Below are positions 49,271 through 59,575 of a stretch of 64,000 nucleotides of DNA, piece after piece. The translations under genes and the position numbers were made by a program. How positions within the stretch are numbered: position 1 is the stretch's first letter; the number at the start of each line of letters is the position of its first letter. The notes below the pieces were generated by a model. The model ran no database searches. It was not told the DNA's origin and was given only the letters and a program-made list of their open reading frames with translations. This DNA is from a virus (Duplodnaviria; Caudoviricetes): IMG/VR virus record IMGVR_UViG_3300022848_000005. One strand, given 5' to 3'.

Positions 49271-49548
49271 TAATCTCTCCTGGCATCATTTTTCCCATCA
49301 GCTCGTGCAATGCGATCTAAGTCAGGTTTGACATGTAGAGCGTTTGACATAAGAGTATCAATTCTTATGACGTCGTGATTCATTGTACGCACACGGTTAT
49401 CTAAGGCGTTAATAATACCAGTTAATCCTCGCACACTGCCCATAACTCCCTCAAGTATGAAACGTAGGCTTAGAAAAACAAAATATCCACCAGCGATAGC
49501 CGCCGCTATTGGAAAACCAAGCTCCCCAATTACTTCGAATATTTCCAT
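49270..49548 (-). CDS. Small membrane protein (TM plus coiled coil), paralog 2
   Basis: LGFPIAAAIAGGYFV; LDNRVRTMNHDVIR; start MEIF at 49548. Confidence 0.7.
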   Translation of the reverse strand: MEIFEVIGELGFPIAAAIAGGYFVFLSLRFILEGVMGSVRGLTGIINALDNRVRTMNHDVIRIDTLMSNALHVKPDLDRIARADGKNDARRD

Positions 49549-49614
49549 TTGTAATTCCCTCACAAGTATTTAGCTGTCAGCTAAATAAAATATAGCAACT
49601 TTCAAATACAACAA

Positions 49615-51120
49615 ATGTTAAACAAAGTACTGTTCCTAGGAACAAACGACACCAGTACAGATCAATTAGTAACAGACATAGCCAAAAACAACAACACAAC
49701 TAATTATGGGTTGGTGTCTGACAGCAAATTTGTACCAGACAATTCGGGATACTATCATACCACTATAGTAGATATCTGGGCGGGTGGTATTGTTGAGGTT
49801 GCTAAGAACTTTGATAGGATTGTGTTGCTAGACCAACCTGTTGCAGTATGGAGCCATTGGAAAGCTCTACTAAGCACATATAAAATCATGGTAGAGTTAG
49901 AGAAGTTAGCGCATACCACAGAATTTAGAGATAACGAAAATATAAAAAGCATACAGTTTATGTGGGACCTGTTACAGGATAACAAGGCATTTTGTACCTA
50001 TCCCTGGATGCACCTATTAGAAGAATACGGTGATGTGTTAATATGCAGTAAAAGTAAAATACCAATTAAGAAACTTGAAGACCTTGGTGATTGGCGCACT
50101 GATCCTGAGTTTGTGGAGATCAGGAACAAACTGAAAAGTGGCGAAAGAATACATAACTGTAACTTGTGTTATAAGGAAGAAGAGCTAGGCTTTGTTAGTA
50201 CTAGAGTTCATGAAAGCATGGACTGGGCAGTAAAAATGAATATACAAAGTATGGAAGATTTGGAAGTAGCCCTGCCTACATATTACGAAGTTAGACCTAG
50301 TAACAAGTGTAACTTGCAATGTAGGATGTGCTGTCCTGAAAACAGTCACTTGATTGAGAAAGAATTTAAAGAAATAAAGTTTGAATATCCCAGTTATAAA
50401 AAACAATGGGGCAACTACGAACATATTGATGTAGAGAACTTGTTGCCAGGTACTAGGATATACAGCACAGGCGGTGAGCCAACTATCATACCAGAGTTCT
50501 ATAACTTCTTAGACAAATGTATTACACTAGGAAGAACAGACTTAGATATCACACTAAACACAAATGGACAAAAAGTAAATGACAAGTTAATTAATCTTAT
50601 GCACAAGTTTGATGAGGTAAATTTTAGTTTTAGTATTGATGGGTATGGTAAAGTAAACGATTACATACGTTGGAACAGTGTTTGGGACAAAACCGTTGCC
50701 AATGCTAAACGACTTGGAGCAGAAGGTTTCTATGTAAGTTTAGAATGTATACCTAGTCCTTGGAACATTACTAACTTACATTTACTTTATGAGTTTTATG
50801 ACAGAGAGTTTCCAGGCAGTACAGTTTTCCTACAGCAGGTATACTGGCCAGACAAAACCGTTAATGTGTTTAATCATCCATTTCCAGAGTTGGTAGTAGA
50901 CAGTTTAACACGAGTAACAAAAACAAATGCATATTACACAGACGCAAGAGACAACAAAAGTATAATAGACTCGTTGCTAGAGTATTATAGTAACGATCCC
51001 AAGACAGACTTGCACTGGCTAGGTAAATTTTATGAGTTTAACGACTTGCTAGATAAGTCAAGAAATGTTAAACTAGTTGATTATGTTCCTGAATTAGAAG
51101 AGGGCAGAAAATTATTATGA
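49615..51120 (+). CDS. Radical SAM protein with extra N-terminal domain
   Basis: CTYPW..., CNLC, CNLQCRMC, TGGEP. Confidence 0.85.
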   Translation: MLNKVLFLGTNDTSTDQLVTDIAKNNNTTNYGLVSDSKFVPDNSGYYHTTIVDIWAGGIVEVAKNFDRIVLLDQPVAVWSHWKALLSTYKIMVELEKLAHTTEFRDNENIKSIQFMWDLLQDNKAFCTYPWMHLLEEYGDVLICSKSKIPIKKLEDLGDWRTDPEFVEIRNKLKSGERIHNCNLCYKEEELGFVSTRVHESMDWAVKMNIQSMEDLEVALPTYYEVRPSNKCNLQCRMCCPENSHLIEKEFKEIKFEYPSYKKQWGNYEHIDVENLLPGTRIYSTGGEPTIIPEFYNFLDKCITLGRTDLDITLNTNGQKVNDKLINLMHKFDEVNFSFSIDGYGKVNDYIRWNSVWDKTVANAKRLGAEGFYVSLECIPSPWNITNLHLLYEFYDREFPGSTVFLQQVYWPDKTVNVFNHPFPELVVDSLTRVTKTNAYYTDARDNKSIIDSLLEYYSNDPKTDLHWLGKFYEFNDLLDKSRNVKLVDYVPELEEGRKLL

Positions 51121-52349
51121 AGAAGATAGGGTTTATTGGATTAGGTAAATTAGGATTACCATGTGCAGAGGCCTTTGCTACGAAGTATGAAACTTCAGGC
51201 TATGATGTTGCATCTGTAACAAGTGATACTGTAACAGTGAAGGACAACATTAAGGATGTAGTAGAATCTAGCGATATAGTTTTTATTGCTGTCCCTACTC
51301 CACATGACCCTAAGTATGATGGCAGTCAACCTATTAGCCATTTAGAAAACAAAGATTTTGATTATAGTATTGTTATTGACGTATGTAAAGAAGTTAATGA
51401 ACACGCTACCAAACAGCAATTGGTTGTGTTAATTAGCACAGTTTTACCCGGTACAACACGTAAAAACTTTATAAATCTGCTCTCGAACACACGCTTTATA
51501 TACAACCCCTACCTTATTGCTATGGGATCAGTATCATGGGACATGGTTAACCCTGAAATGGTTATTATTGGCACAGAAGACGGGTCAGAAACTACAGACG
51601 CAAAAGAACTTATAGATGTTTATAAAGAAATAATGGAAAATGATCCACGTTACGTGGTAGGCACATGGGACGAAGCAGAAGCAATTAAAATATTTTACAA
51701 TACGTTTATTAGTGTTAAGATTGGACTAGTAAACATGATACAGGATGTAGCAGAAAAGTCTGGCAACATCAATGTTGACGTTGTTACTAATGCACTAAAG
51801 CATTCTACAATGCGTATAACAGGACACAAGTATCTTACAGCAGGTATGGGAGACGCCGGACCTTGTCATCCACGTGATAACATTGCACTACGTTATATGG
51901 CACAAGAACTTGGCTTAAACTATGATTTGTTTAATGCTATCATGGATGCAAGGGAAATACAAGCACGGAATATATCAACAAGACTATGTAGACTTGCAGG
52001 AGAATATAATTTACCTATCTATATACATGGTAAGGCTTACAAGCCCAACGTACCTTACGTAGACGGTAGTTACAGTCTACTAATTGGGCATTATATTGAA
52101 AATGAGTACAACAATAAGGTAACTTACATAGATCCTCTTACCGAAGGCGATAACCCAACCAGTGTGCATGGAGTTGTCCTACTAGCACATAATCAAATAG
52201 TAACATATGGTTATGCAGGAGTTATAGAGGAACAAAAATTATATTGTGAGATAGAAGATGGCAGTATCGTAGTTGATCCTTGGCGTTCATACACAACAGA
52301 CAATCCTAAAATTATGGTAGTACACTATGGCAACAGCAGAGGCAGGTAG
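51117..52349 (+). CDS. ugd: UDP-glucose/GDP-mannose 6-dehydrogenase
   Basis: GLGKLG, AVPTP, EAIKIFYN, GDAGPCHPRD, AYKPN. Confidence 0.9.
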   Translation: MKKIGFIGLGKLGLPCAEAFATKYETSGYDVASVTSDTVTVKDNIKDVVESSDIVFIAVPTPHDPKYDGSQPISHLENKDFDYSIVIDVCKEVNEHATKQQLVVLISTVLPGTTRKNFINLLSNTRFIYNPYLIAMGSVSWDMVNPEMVIIGTEDGSETTDAKELIDVYKEIMENDPRYVVGTWDEAEAIKIFYNTFISVKIGLVNMIQDVAEKSGNINVDVVTNALKHSTMRITGHKYLTAGMGDAGPCHPRDNIALRYMAQELGLNYDLFNAIMDAREIQARNISTRLCRLAGEYNLPIYIHGKAYKPNVPYVDGSYSLLIGHYIENEYNNKVTYIDPLTEGDNPTSVHGVVLLAHNQIVTYGYAGVIEEQKLYCEIEDGSIVVDPWRSYTTDNPKIMVVHYGNSRGR

Positions 52350-52938
52350 TTCCAACATATTTTTTGTTACCCGGTTTGATAGAACGTGGTCCACAGAGCA
52401 TACCATTCTTAACTATGAGAATGAATGTTTTAATGACAAATTAACAGTACAACGCTGGCAAGATCAAGGGCATATTTATAGATACTATACAGGTGACATG
52501 CACGACTCACGGAAGCCACAGCCCACGTTCGTTGAAGGACTATGCGAACAATTAGGCTGGGCGCACTGCCTAAGTAGTTTTTACTGTATGCCTCCAGGGC
52601 GTATCTTGCCAGAGCACAGAGACACCTATAAGAAGTACAGAGAACTTTTTAATGTAGATAATCCTTACAGCATATGGCGAGCAGTTATATTCTTAGAGGA
52701 TTGGCAGTCAGGACACTACTTGGAAGTAGCAGATTGTCCTATTACCGGTTGGCGAGCAGGTGATTGTATTACGTGGCAGTACGATACTTCACATATAGCC
52801 GCAAATCTAGGCAGACAAAACAGATATACATTACAATTAACAGGAATCACGAATGATAGTAAACTCACACAACGAATGGGACCAGCTGAAATCGGTCATA
52901 GTTGGAACAGCGGAAAATTTACACTACCCCAACAATGA
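52327..52938 (+). CDS. 2OG-Fe(II) oxygenase-like protein
   Basis: PEHRD (HxD), SHIAAN, RYTLQLT. Confidence 0.65.
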   Translation: MATAEAGSSNIFFVTRFDRTWSTEHTILNYENECFNDKLTVQRWQDQGHIYRYYTGDMHDSRKPQPTFVEGLCEQLGWAHCLSSFYCMPPGRILPEHRDTYKKYRELFNVDNPYSIWRAVIFLEDWQSGHYLEVADCPITGWRAGDCITWQYDTSHIAANLGRQNRYTLQLTGITNDSKLTQRMGPAEIGHSWNSGKFTLPQQ

Positions 52939-53869
52939 CAAAGTATTCTCATTATGTGATACAATAAGCACCTGGGATAAATCTAAACAATGGCGTGGTT
53001 ATATACCAGAACATGTCAGAGCTGAAACAGAAGAGGATCTGCAAGGACTAGTTGATGAGTTAGAGAAACTGGGTGTAACTGTATACAGACCCAAAGCACT
53101 AGAGTTCAGTAAGATAACTGTGGGCCATGACTGGGTTGCTGATGGGTTTAATGCGTACAACCCCAGAGACAGTCTATTAGTTGTAGGAGATACTGTTATA
53201 GAGTGTCCTATGGCGATGAGAAGTAGACAACAAGAAGTATTGTGTTATGATCACATAAGACGAGAAGCGATTAAGGATGGATGTCGTTGGATATCTGCAC
53301 CTAAACCTAGATTGTTAGACAGTGAAATATTTGTAAAAAATAAAACACTACACATACCACAAGACGAACCTATATTCGATGCCGCAAATATTTTACGTTT
53401 AGGCAAAGACTTACTTTACCTTGTCAGCAACACAGGCAATAAACTTGGTGGGCAATGGTTGCAAAACATTTTAGGTAAAGATTATAGGGTACAATTTTGC
53501 CATAACCTCTATGCTTTTGCGCACATTGATAGTACAATAACAGCACTTAACGAAGAGCAGTTTGTCGTAAATGCTTCTAGAGTAAATGATGCTAACCTAC
53601 CGCCTGTCTTACAAGACAAAGATATCATTTACGTAACAGAAGATATGATTGAACCTCAGACTTTCTGGCACTACCCCTACGCAAGTGCCTGGATTGCGAT
53701 GAACATGCTCTCCGTTAACCCCTCTACTGTAATTATAGAAAAAACACAAACAAAATTAATGAAACTACTTAACAAACGAGGTATCGATACGGTGCCCGTG
53801 AGCTTTAGACACGCACGCACATTAGGCGGAGGGTTGCACTGTGCTACACTAGATTTATACAGGAGGTAA
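52853..53869 (+). CDS. Amidinotransferase (glycine/inosamine-phosphate amidinotransferase family)
   Basis: NSHNEWD.LK..IVG, YNPRD, FDAAN, HIDST, GGGLHCAT with catalytic Cys. Confidence 0.88.
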   Translation: MIVNSHNEWDQLKSVIVGTAENLHYPNNDKVFSLCDTISTWDKSKQWRGYIPEHVRAETEEDLQGLVDELEKLGVTVYRPKALEFSKITVGHDWVADGFNAYNPRDSLLVVGDTVIECPMAMRSRQQEVLCYDHIRREAIKDGCRWISAPKPRLLDSEIFVKNKTLHIPQDEPIFDAANILRLGKDLLYLVSNTGNKLGGQWLQNILGKDYRVQFCHNLYAFAHIDSTITALNEEQFVVNASRVNDANLPPVLQDKDIIYVTEDMIEPQTFWHYPYASAWIAMNMLSVNPSTVIIEKTQTKLMKLLNKRGIDTVPVSFRHARTLGGGLHCATLDLYRR

Positions 53870-53876
53870 ATATATT

Positions 53877-54578
53877 ATGAACGATTTTACGAAATATAAC
53901 GCTCTCCTGCTTAAAGCATATCAAAAATATGCAAATACAAGAGACCTTGTTTCAAAAAAACAAGACATAATTAGATCTCTGGTTACAGCACCAGAGCCTA
54001 CAATTTTATTTGCTGGATTTAATCCTCTGTGTTTATTAGTAGACAACTTTGGTATTATGGAAGCAGATGAAAGTGTATTAAAGTTTTTAACAGAGCAAGA
54101 TAAGACATATACAGAAGTTGATCCCACTAATACTACCCTCTGGGATTATGTTATTGCAACTGACGAATATTATACATTTGCAAAAGATGAACAGGACCAA
54201 CAACAAAAAATAAATATATTAAGCGCAATAACAAAGCGTAGTCTAATAACTACTTTGCGTGATTATAAAAACATGAATCACAGAGATAAAGAATTTTCAA
54301 TGCCTATTTCTGTTGTCAATGATACAGATAGAACTATATACTTAGAGTATCATATACATTGTGGAACCAAGCACTGGGACAGTCTAGTATATGAATTAGA
54401 TGGTGAAGACAATCAAACACATGGGCCGTACAAGCGTATGCCTATGTATTTTAAACAGTTAGCAAAGTTTAGCATCGACGGAGGTGCTACGTCCTTTCAG
54501 GTACAGAAGAACATGATGTGGAAAGGTCTTATTCGACGAAACTTTGAACATGTAATATCAATAAACTATGATAAATGA
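53877..54578 (+). CDS. Methyltransferase-fold-like protein (tentative)
   Basis: ILFAGFNP, WDYVIATDE; low-resolution resemblance only. Confidence 0.35.
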   Translation: MNDFTKYNALLLKAYQKYANTRDLVSKKQDIIRSLVTAPEPTILFAGFNPLCLLVDNFGIMEADESVLKFLTEQDKTYTEVDPTNTTLWDYVIATDEYYTFAKDEQDQQQKINILSAITKRSLITTLRDYKNMNHRDKEFSMPISVVNDTDRTIYLEYHIHCGTKHWDSLVYELDGEDNQTHGPYKRMPMYFKQLAKFSIDGGATSFQVQKNMMWKGLIRRNFEHVISINYDK

Positions 54579-55779
54579 AAATGAAATAAATCAACTATTA
54601 GCCAATGAAATAACCAAAGCAGTAAAACAAAAGATACTTCATAATGAAAATGAAATAGATCTTCTATTGGCCAATGAAGTAGCCAACGTAGTAAAACAAA
54701 AGATGCTTCTATTGGCCAATGAAGTACCCAAAGCAGTAAAACAAAAGTTACTTCAAAATGAAAATGAAATAAACCAACAGTTAGCCAATGAAATAACCAA
54801 AGCAGTAAAACAAAAGATGCTTCACGTTGACATACCACACCTGGTGTCAGAAGCAACAACACGTGAACTGGCCGACAAAATCACACATATAAAATTTCCA
54901 GAAGGCAGTATTCCTTTTGACAGCATTAGGAACAACACTGTAACGATATCTGGGAACCAAGTTAATGGTGGTATACACAAAAAATTTAAGTCTAGAGGCA
55001 TAGAGGATCATGCTATAAATTGTGAACTTAGTGTCTTAGATGATAACGTAGTAGTAGAGAACACATTAGTTGCACGAAATGCCAACATAAAAGAAAATTT
55101 AATAGTGGATGGTAACTTAATTGTTCACGGAACTATTCCAGCAGACTGTAATTTCTTTATTGACATCGTGGAAGGTGTTATTTGTAGATTAGGTGAAGAA
55201 TTTGACAAAGTGTTTAAACAGAGTATAGTTGATGGTGTCTTGTTTACACTTAAGAACCAAGGTATAGACGTTAGCAAAATAAGTCTGAATGGTAACGTGT
55301 TTACAGACGGGACCAGCATTGCTGGTACAGTAACGACTAGCAACTTACAGAAAGTTGGACAACTTAAAGAACTACAAGTAAAAGGTGAATCACTCTTAGC
55401 AGACACATTGTATGTTACCAAAGGTCGCATCGGAATAAACACAGTCGAACCTAGCGCATCACTGTCAGTCTGGGACGAAGAAACTGAGGTAGTAATAAAG
55501 AAGCATTCTAGACATAAAGCGTATATCGGTAGCTCAAGAGATACCACCGTGGTCTTGGGTGCTAACCGTAACGATAACATAGTACTAAACCAAGACGGCT
55601 CTGCGTCAATAGATAATTTAAAAATAGGCGGTAATAAATTCACAAGCAATCCTATACTGCCCAATGTTGAATCAGTTAAAGGGCATATTGTGTTTAACAG
55701 TCATCCAGACATAGGGAGACCAGTGGGCTGGGTTTGTTTGGGAGGAGATCGTTGGTCATCTTTCGGTAATTGTGAATGA
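54568..55779 (+). CDS. Hypothetical protein with N-terminal helical repeats and tail-fibre-like beta segments
   Basis: Four LLANE..KAVKQK repeats; GRIGINTVEPS. Confidence 0.55.
   Translation: MINENEINQLLANEITKAVKQKILHNENEIDLLLANEVANVVKQKMLLLANEVPKAVKQKLLQNENEINQQLANEITKAVKQKMLHVDIPHLVSEATTRELADKITHIKFPEGSIPFDSIRNNTVTISGNQVNGGIHKKFKSRGIEDHAINCELSVLDDNVVVENTLVARNANIKENLIVDGNLIVHGTIPADCNFFIDIVEGVICRLGEEFDKVFKQSIVDGVLFTLKNQGIDVSKISLNGNVFTDGTSIAGTVTTSNLQKVGQLKELQVKGESLLADTLYVTKGRIGINTVEPSASLSVWDEETEVVIKKHSRHKAYIGSSRDTTVVLGANRNDNIVLNQDGSASIDNLKIGGNKFTSNPILPNVESVKGHIVFNSHPDIGRPVGWVCLGGDRWSSFGNCE
54574..54825 (+). repeat. In-frame tandem repeat, four units of 69/63/51/69 bp
   Basis: gccaatgaa...gtaaaacaaaag repeated four times. 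Confidence 0.9.
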
Positions 55780-56402
55780 ACTTAACCTTTATTATAGGTA
55801 ACGGTCAAAGTCGAAGTAACATCAGTATAGATAGACTCAGAGACTTTGGTCCAGTCTGGGGGTGTAATAGGATATACAAGGACTGGCATGTAGATAACCT
55901 TGTTGCTATTGATCAAGCCCAAGTAGAACTTATTCTCAGAGACGAGTACCATACTAAAGCAAACGTCTATACTAGAAAAAGATGGTCACCGTTGTACAAT
56001 GGGGTGCCTGGGGTAAATTACATTCCTGAATTTAAAGAAGAAGGAACAAACAAGTGGCAGAAGCAGTGGCATTGGAACTCAGGACCACTTGCCATGTTCG
56101 TAGCATGTGAGCAAGGCGCAGAAATACTGTGTATGTTTGGATTTGATTTTTACGGTGTTGCTGGCAAGTCCAACAACGTTTACAAGGGATCACCAGGCTA
56201 TGACAAAGCAGATCACAGAGCAGTTGATCCAGGCTTTTGGATACAGCAATTTGTTCAATTAGCTCAATGGTACCCTGATACGCAATTTGTGCAGGTACAG
56301 CCCGCTGGATGGCAAGTACCAGCTGCCTGGCACGGTGTAAGCAATCTGTCGATAGATACCCCTGAAACTTTTTTTGATACCTTAGTAGCAACTGATGCCT
56401 GA
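55776..56402 (+). CDS. MptE/DUF115-like (glycosyltransferase-type fold) protein
   Basis: IIGNGQSR, WGCNR, NSG..A, FGFDFY. Confidence 0.5.
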   Translation: MNLTFIIGNGQSRSNISIDRLRDFGPVWGCNRIYKDWHVDNLVAIDQAQVELILRDEYHTKANVYTRKRWSPLYNGVPGVNYIPEFKEEGTNKWQKQWHWNSGPLAMFVACEQGAEILCMFGFDFYGVAGKSNNVYKGSPGYDKADHRAVDPGFWIQQFVQLAQWYPDTQFVQVQPAGWQVPAAWHGVSNLSIDTPETFFDTLVATDA

Positions 56403-57660
56403 TAAAGATATATTCTGCAATGTACCTTGGTACCAGGGGCATGTGTTCTGGGACGGTACCTATGGACACTGTTGTTTTTCCAACAAAGATACCACACACG
56501 GATATAATGTAAAAACTCATACAGTAAAACAATGGATAGAGTCCGACAGCATGGTGGACTTTAAGAAAGAACTACTGGGTAGTAAAAAAAGCAATAGGTG
56601 TCATGGCTGTTATCTAGAGGAAGATCAAGGACATACAAGTAAACGTCAGAACGAAAACTTAAAAAGTGCTATATGGTCAACTAAGTTTGATCAGAGTTTT
56701 AACGAGGCTCATACTAGAGACAAGTTCTTAAACCTAGACCACAGTATGTACAGAGAGTGGCATATAGACTTAGGCAATGAGTGTAACTTAGCCTGTAAGA
56801 TGTGCAACTCTGATGCTAGTAGCAAAATAGAGACACTGTACAGACGTTGGGGAATGCCTGTAGAGTACACAAGCAAGAAGCTCTGGATTAACGATCCTAG
56901 AGCAGACCAATTTATAGAACAAATATGCACTACCACTAAACTAAAGCGTATACACATAATGGGAGGAGAACCTCTTATACAACCAAAGTTTAAACATTTA
57001 CTAAAGACACTTAGTGAACGCAGACCAGACATCAGTTTTAGTTTTGTAAGTAATGCAACTAAATTTGACAGCAGTATACTAGAATATTTACAAAAATTTA
57101 GTAGTGTAGATGTCGAACTTAGTATAGAAACAACTGATCCAGTAAACGATTATATCAGACAAGGCAGTCGAACACAGGATGTAATTAAAGTAATAGAGCA
57201 GTGGGTAGAGCATAGATCAGAAAACTTTAATATAATTTTGCGTCCTACTCCAAGTATCTTAAGTGTTAGTAGGTATAAGAGCCTGTTAGATTTTGCATAT
57301 AAACATAGACTTATTGTTATGAGTGTTATACTCAGTGATCCAGGCTATTTACGAATAAGCCTACTTCCTAAACAGTACAGACTATCTATTATAAAAGAGT
57401 TACGACAATGGAGCGACAATATAACTGTAGACATCAACGAACAAGTTGGTAACAGAGATGCTACTAGGTGGCAAGCACAACTAAAACAGGAGTGCGAGGG
57501 TATAATTAACTGTTTAGAACAGGAGCACAAACCAGGCAACGAAAAAGAATTAATAACATGGTTGCAACGTTGGGACAATGAGTATAAACTTAATGTGTTA
57601 GACTACTTGCCGGAGTTCGCAGATTTCTTTCGAGAACATGGATACAAAATACCAAACTGA
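56395..57660 (+). CDS. Radical SAM protein
   Basis: FCNVPW...CC, CHGC, CNLACKMC, MGGEP. Confidence 0.85.
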   Translation: MPDKDIFCNVPWYQGHVFWDGTYGHCCFSNKDTTHGYNVKTHTVKQWIESDSMVDFKKELLGSKKSNRCHGCYLEEDQGHTSKRQNENLKSAIWSTKFDQSFNEAHTRDKFLNLDHSMYREWHIDLGNECNLACKMCNSDASSKIETLYRRWGMPVEYTSKKLWINDPRADQFIEQICTTTKLKRIHIMGGEPLIQPKFKHLLKTLSERRPDISFSFVSNATKFDSSILEYLQKFSSVDVELSIETTDPVNDYIRQGSRTQDVIKVIEQWVEHRSENFNIILRPTPSILSVSRYKSLLDFAYKHRLIVMSVILSDPGYLRISLLPKQYRLSIIKELRQWSDNITVDINEQVGNRDATRWQAQLKQECEGIINCLEQEHKPGNEKELITWLQRWDNEYKLNVLDYLPEFADFFREHGYKIPN

Positions 57661-58096
57661 AATACAAGTGACACTTGAACCTCACTATAAAACTGTGATT
57701 CCATATGTGTTTGTTAAGTTAGATGGGGAAGAACGTAGTATGGTATTAAAAGATATAGAAACTGTGACGTTCGACACACTGTTGGACATTGGTCCACATC
57801 AACTAAGCGTATGGTTTGAGAATAAAGAAAACTCAGACAGCACCACAGCAGTAGAGATAAAAGACATTACAATTCAAGGACTTACTCTAAATAGAGTAAA
57901 GTGGGCAGGTAATTATACTCCTCAATATCCTGAACCATGGGCAACAGAACAACATCAACAAGGCAATCCACTGCCTAAAGTTATACCAGGTGGACACTTC
58001 TTAGGCTGGTTAGGTACATACACACTAGACTTTGAAGTACCCACATTCACTTGGCTACACAAACTAGAAAACTTAGGTTGGCTATACACTGATTGA
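57638..58096 (+). CDS. Hypothetical protein
   Basis: 152-aa ORF. Confidence 0.55.
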   Translation: MDTKYQTEIQVTLEPHYKTVIPYVFVKLDGEERSMVLKDIETVTFDTLLDIGPHQLSVWFENKENSDSTTAVEIKDITIQGLTLNRVKWAGNYTPQYPEPWATEQHQQGNPLPKVIPGGHFLGWLGTYTLDFEVPTFTWLHKLENLGWLYTD

Positions 58097-58122
58097 CATA
58101 AGCAGTGAGGTGAGCACATAAT
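58093..58122 (+). promoter_or_regulatory. Possible sigma70 promoter for uvsE
   Basis: TTGACA(58093)-18 bp-CATAAT(58117). Confidence 0.45.
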
Positions 58123-58128
58123 AACCGT

Positions 58129-59244
58129 ATGTTTACACAAAATCTAAAACGTATTGGGTTTGCTTGCAAGTACTTGCATCCGGACCAAACACAACCCAAA
58201 AAGTTACTGGAGGAAATCCAGCGTCCGTTGAATACCAAATCAACAACAGTTGCATGGCTTAATAGGCAAACAAAGGAAGTTGCAGAACAACGACTGTGGG
58301 ATATTATGGTACACAATATACAGTCGTACTATAACCTAATAGAATACGTAGGAGGATTACCCGATGCATTACGAATGGTCAGACTTGGCAGTGATTGCCT
58401 TCCAGTATATACTCATGATCAATGGTCTTATTACTGGCGGTTACCTGACGTACGTCAGTACTGTGGAACTTATTTGGCAAAAGTCGGTGACTTGGCTCGT
58501 CTTTTGGATGTTAGGCTTAGTATGCACCCTGGCCAGTTTACTGTACTTGCTAGCGATAACCCGGATATTGTTGATCGCAGTATAGAAGAATTTGAATATC
58601 ACGCTGACATGATACGGTGGATGGGGTACGGTAAACAGTTTCAAGACTTTAAATGTAATGTACACATTGCAGGCCGCAACGGTCCAGCTGGCATCAAAGC
58701 ATCCCTCAAGCGACTCTCGCAAGAAGCTCGAAACGTAATTACAATCGAAAACGACGAAAACAAATGGGGAATCGCAGACAGCCTCGAACTTGCAGACGAC
58801 CTCGCTTTGGTGCTAGATGTACACCATCACCTGTGCCGTGAAAACGAATACATTTTACCAAACGACGATAGATTTAAACGCATAGTAGATTCTTGGAGAG
58901 GGGTACGCCCTGCAATACATTATTCGTATAGTAGAGATACTGCACTATCCGACGGATTTGCACACGACACTGTGCCTGACTTTTCAGCGTTACTAGAAGC
59001 TGGCCACAAGAAAAGCAAACTACGAGCACATAGTGATTGGTATCCTAATGCAAAGGTAAATGATTATGCACTTGGCTTCCTAGAACATGCAGATATTATG
59101 GCGGAGGTAAAATATAAAAACCTTGCATCTATTGATTTATACAACTATGCTGTTAAGACTGGAGTCTTTTCTTTGCCCAGTACACCAGCGACGCTTGACG
59201 TCTTTTCTCAAGAGTCGCAGGAGACTGCTTCCGCCCTTTGTTAG
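58129..59244 (+). CDS. uvsE: UV-damage endonuclease UvsE/UVDE
   Basis: IGFAC, RLSMHPGQF.VL.S, IENDE, LDVHHH, LRAHSD, MAEVKYK. Confidence 0.92.
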   Translation: MFTQNLKRIGFACKYLHPDQTQPKKLLEEIQRPLNTKSTTVAWLNRQTKEVAEQRLWDIMVHNIQSYYNLIEYVGGLPDALRMVRLGSDCLPVYTHDQWSYYWRLPDVRQYCGTYLAKVGDLARLLDVRLSMHPGQFTVLASDNPDIVDRSIEEFEYHADMIRWMGYGKQFQDFKCNVHIAGRNGPAGIKASLKRLSQEARNVITIENDENKWGIADSLELADDLALVLDVHHHLCRENEYILPNDDRFKRIVDSWRGVRPAIHYSYSRDTALSDGFAHDTVPDFSALLEAGHKKSKLRAHSDWYPNAKVNDYALGFLEHADIMAEVKYKNLASIDLYNYAVKTGVFSLPSTPATLDVFSQESQETASALC

Positions 59245-59284
59245 CGTTACCGTAGTACGAACTTGCTTCTTTTGACAAGAACAT
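59153..59284 (-). pseudogene. NUMOD3-like homing-endonuclease module remnant
   Basis: 43-aa ORF containing GNANKGRKQSPATLEKRRQA. Confidence 0.5.
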
Positions 59285-59434
59285 ATGTTATGTGCTATAA
59301 CTATGTATAATATTTATTTATTGCGGTACAGAATAATGCTGTACTACAGGGTTCTTTTATTACAATAACTATAAGGAGGATACAAACAAAAGGAAGTTGC
59401 AGAACAAGGCACAAACAAATAAGGAGAAAACAAC

Positions 59435-59551
59435 ATGAACAAAGATATGAACTTTGAAAACATGAACATCGAAGAAACAAAGAAAGAAGCAGATCAAGGT
59501 CATGCCACGGCTAAACAATCTTTAAAAGGAATGCCCGGTGAATTTATATGA
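59435..59551 (+). pseudogene. Sel1-like repeat fragment
   Basis: 38-aa ORF with SD taaggag; KEADQGHATAKQSL. Confidence 0.45.
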
Positions 59552-59575
59552 GATACACAAAACAATGAGGAAAAA

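Noticed and set aside
54566-54862. Minus-strand ORF with repeated hydrophobic motifs
   Set aside because: It is the antisense shadow of the tandem repeat in 54568-55779.
59382-59419. Mini-CRISPR reading of ACAAACAAA-20 nt-ACAAACAAA
   Set aside because: The repeats are only 9 bp, low-complexity and occur twice, which is far too little for an array.
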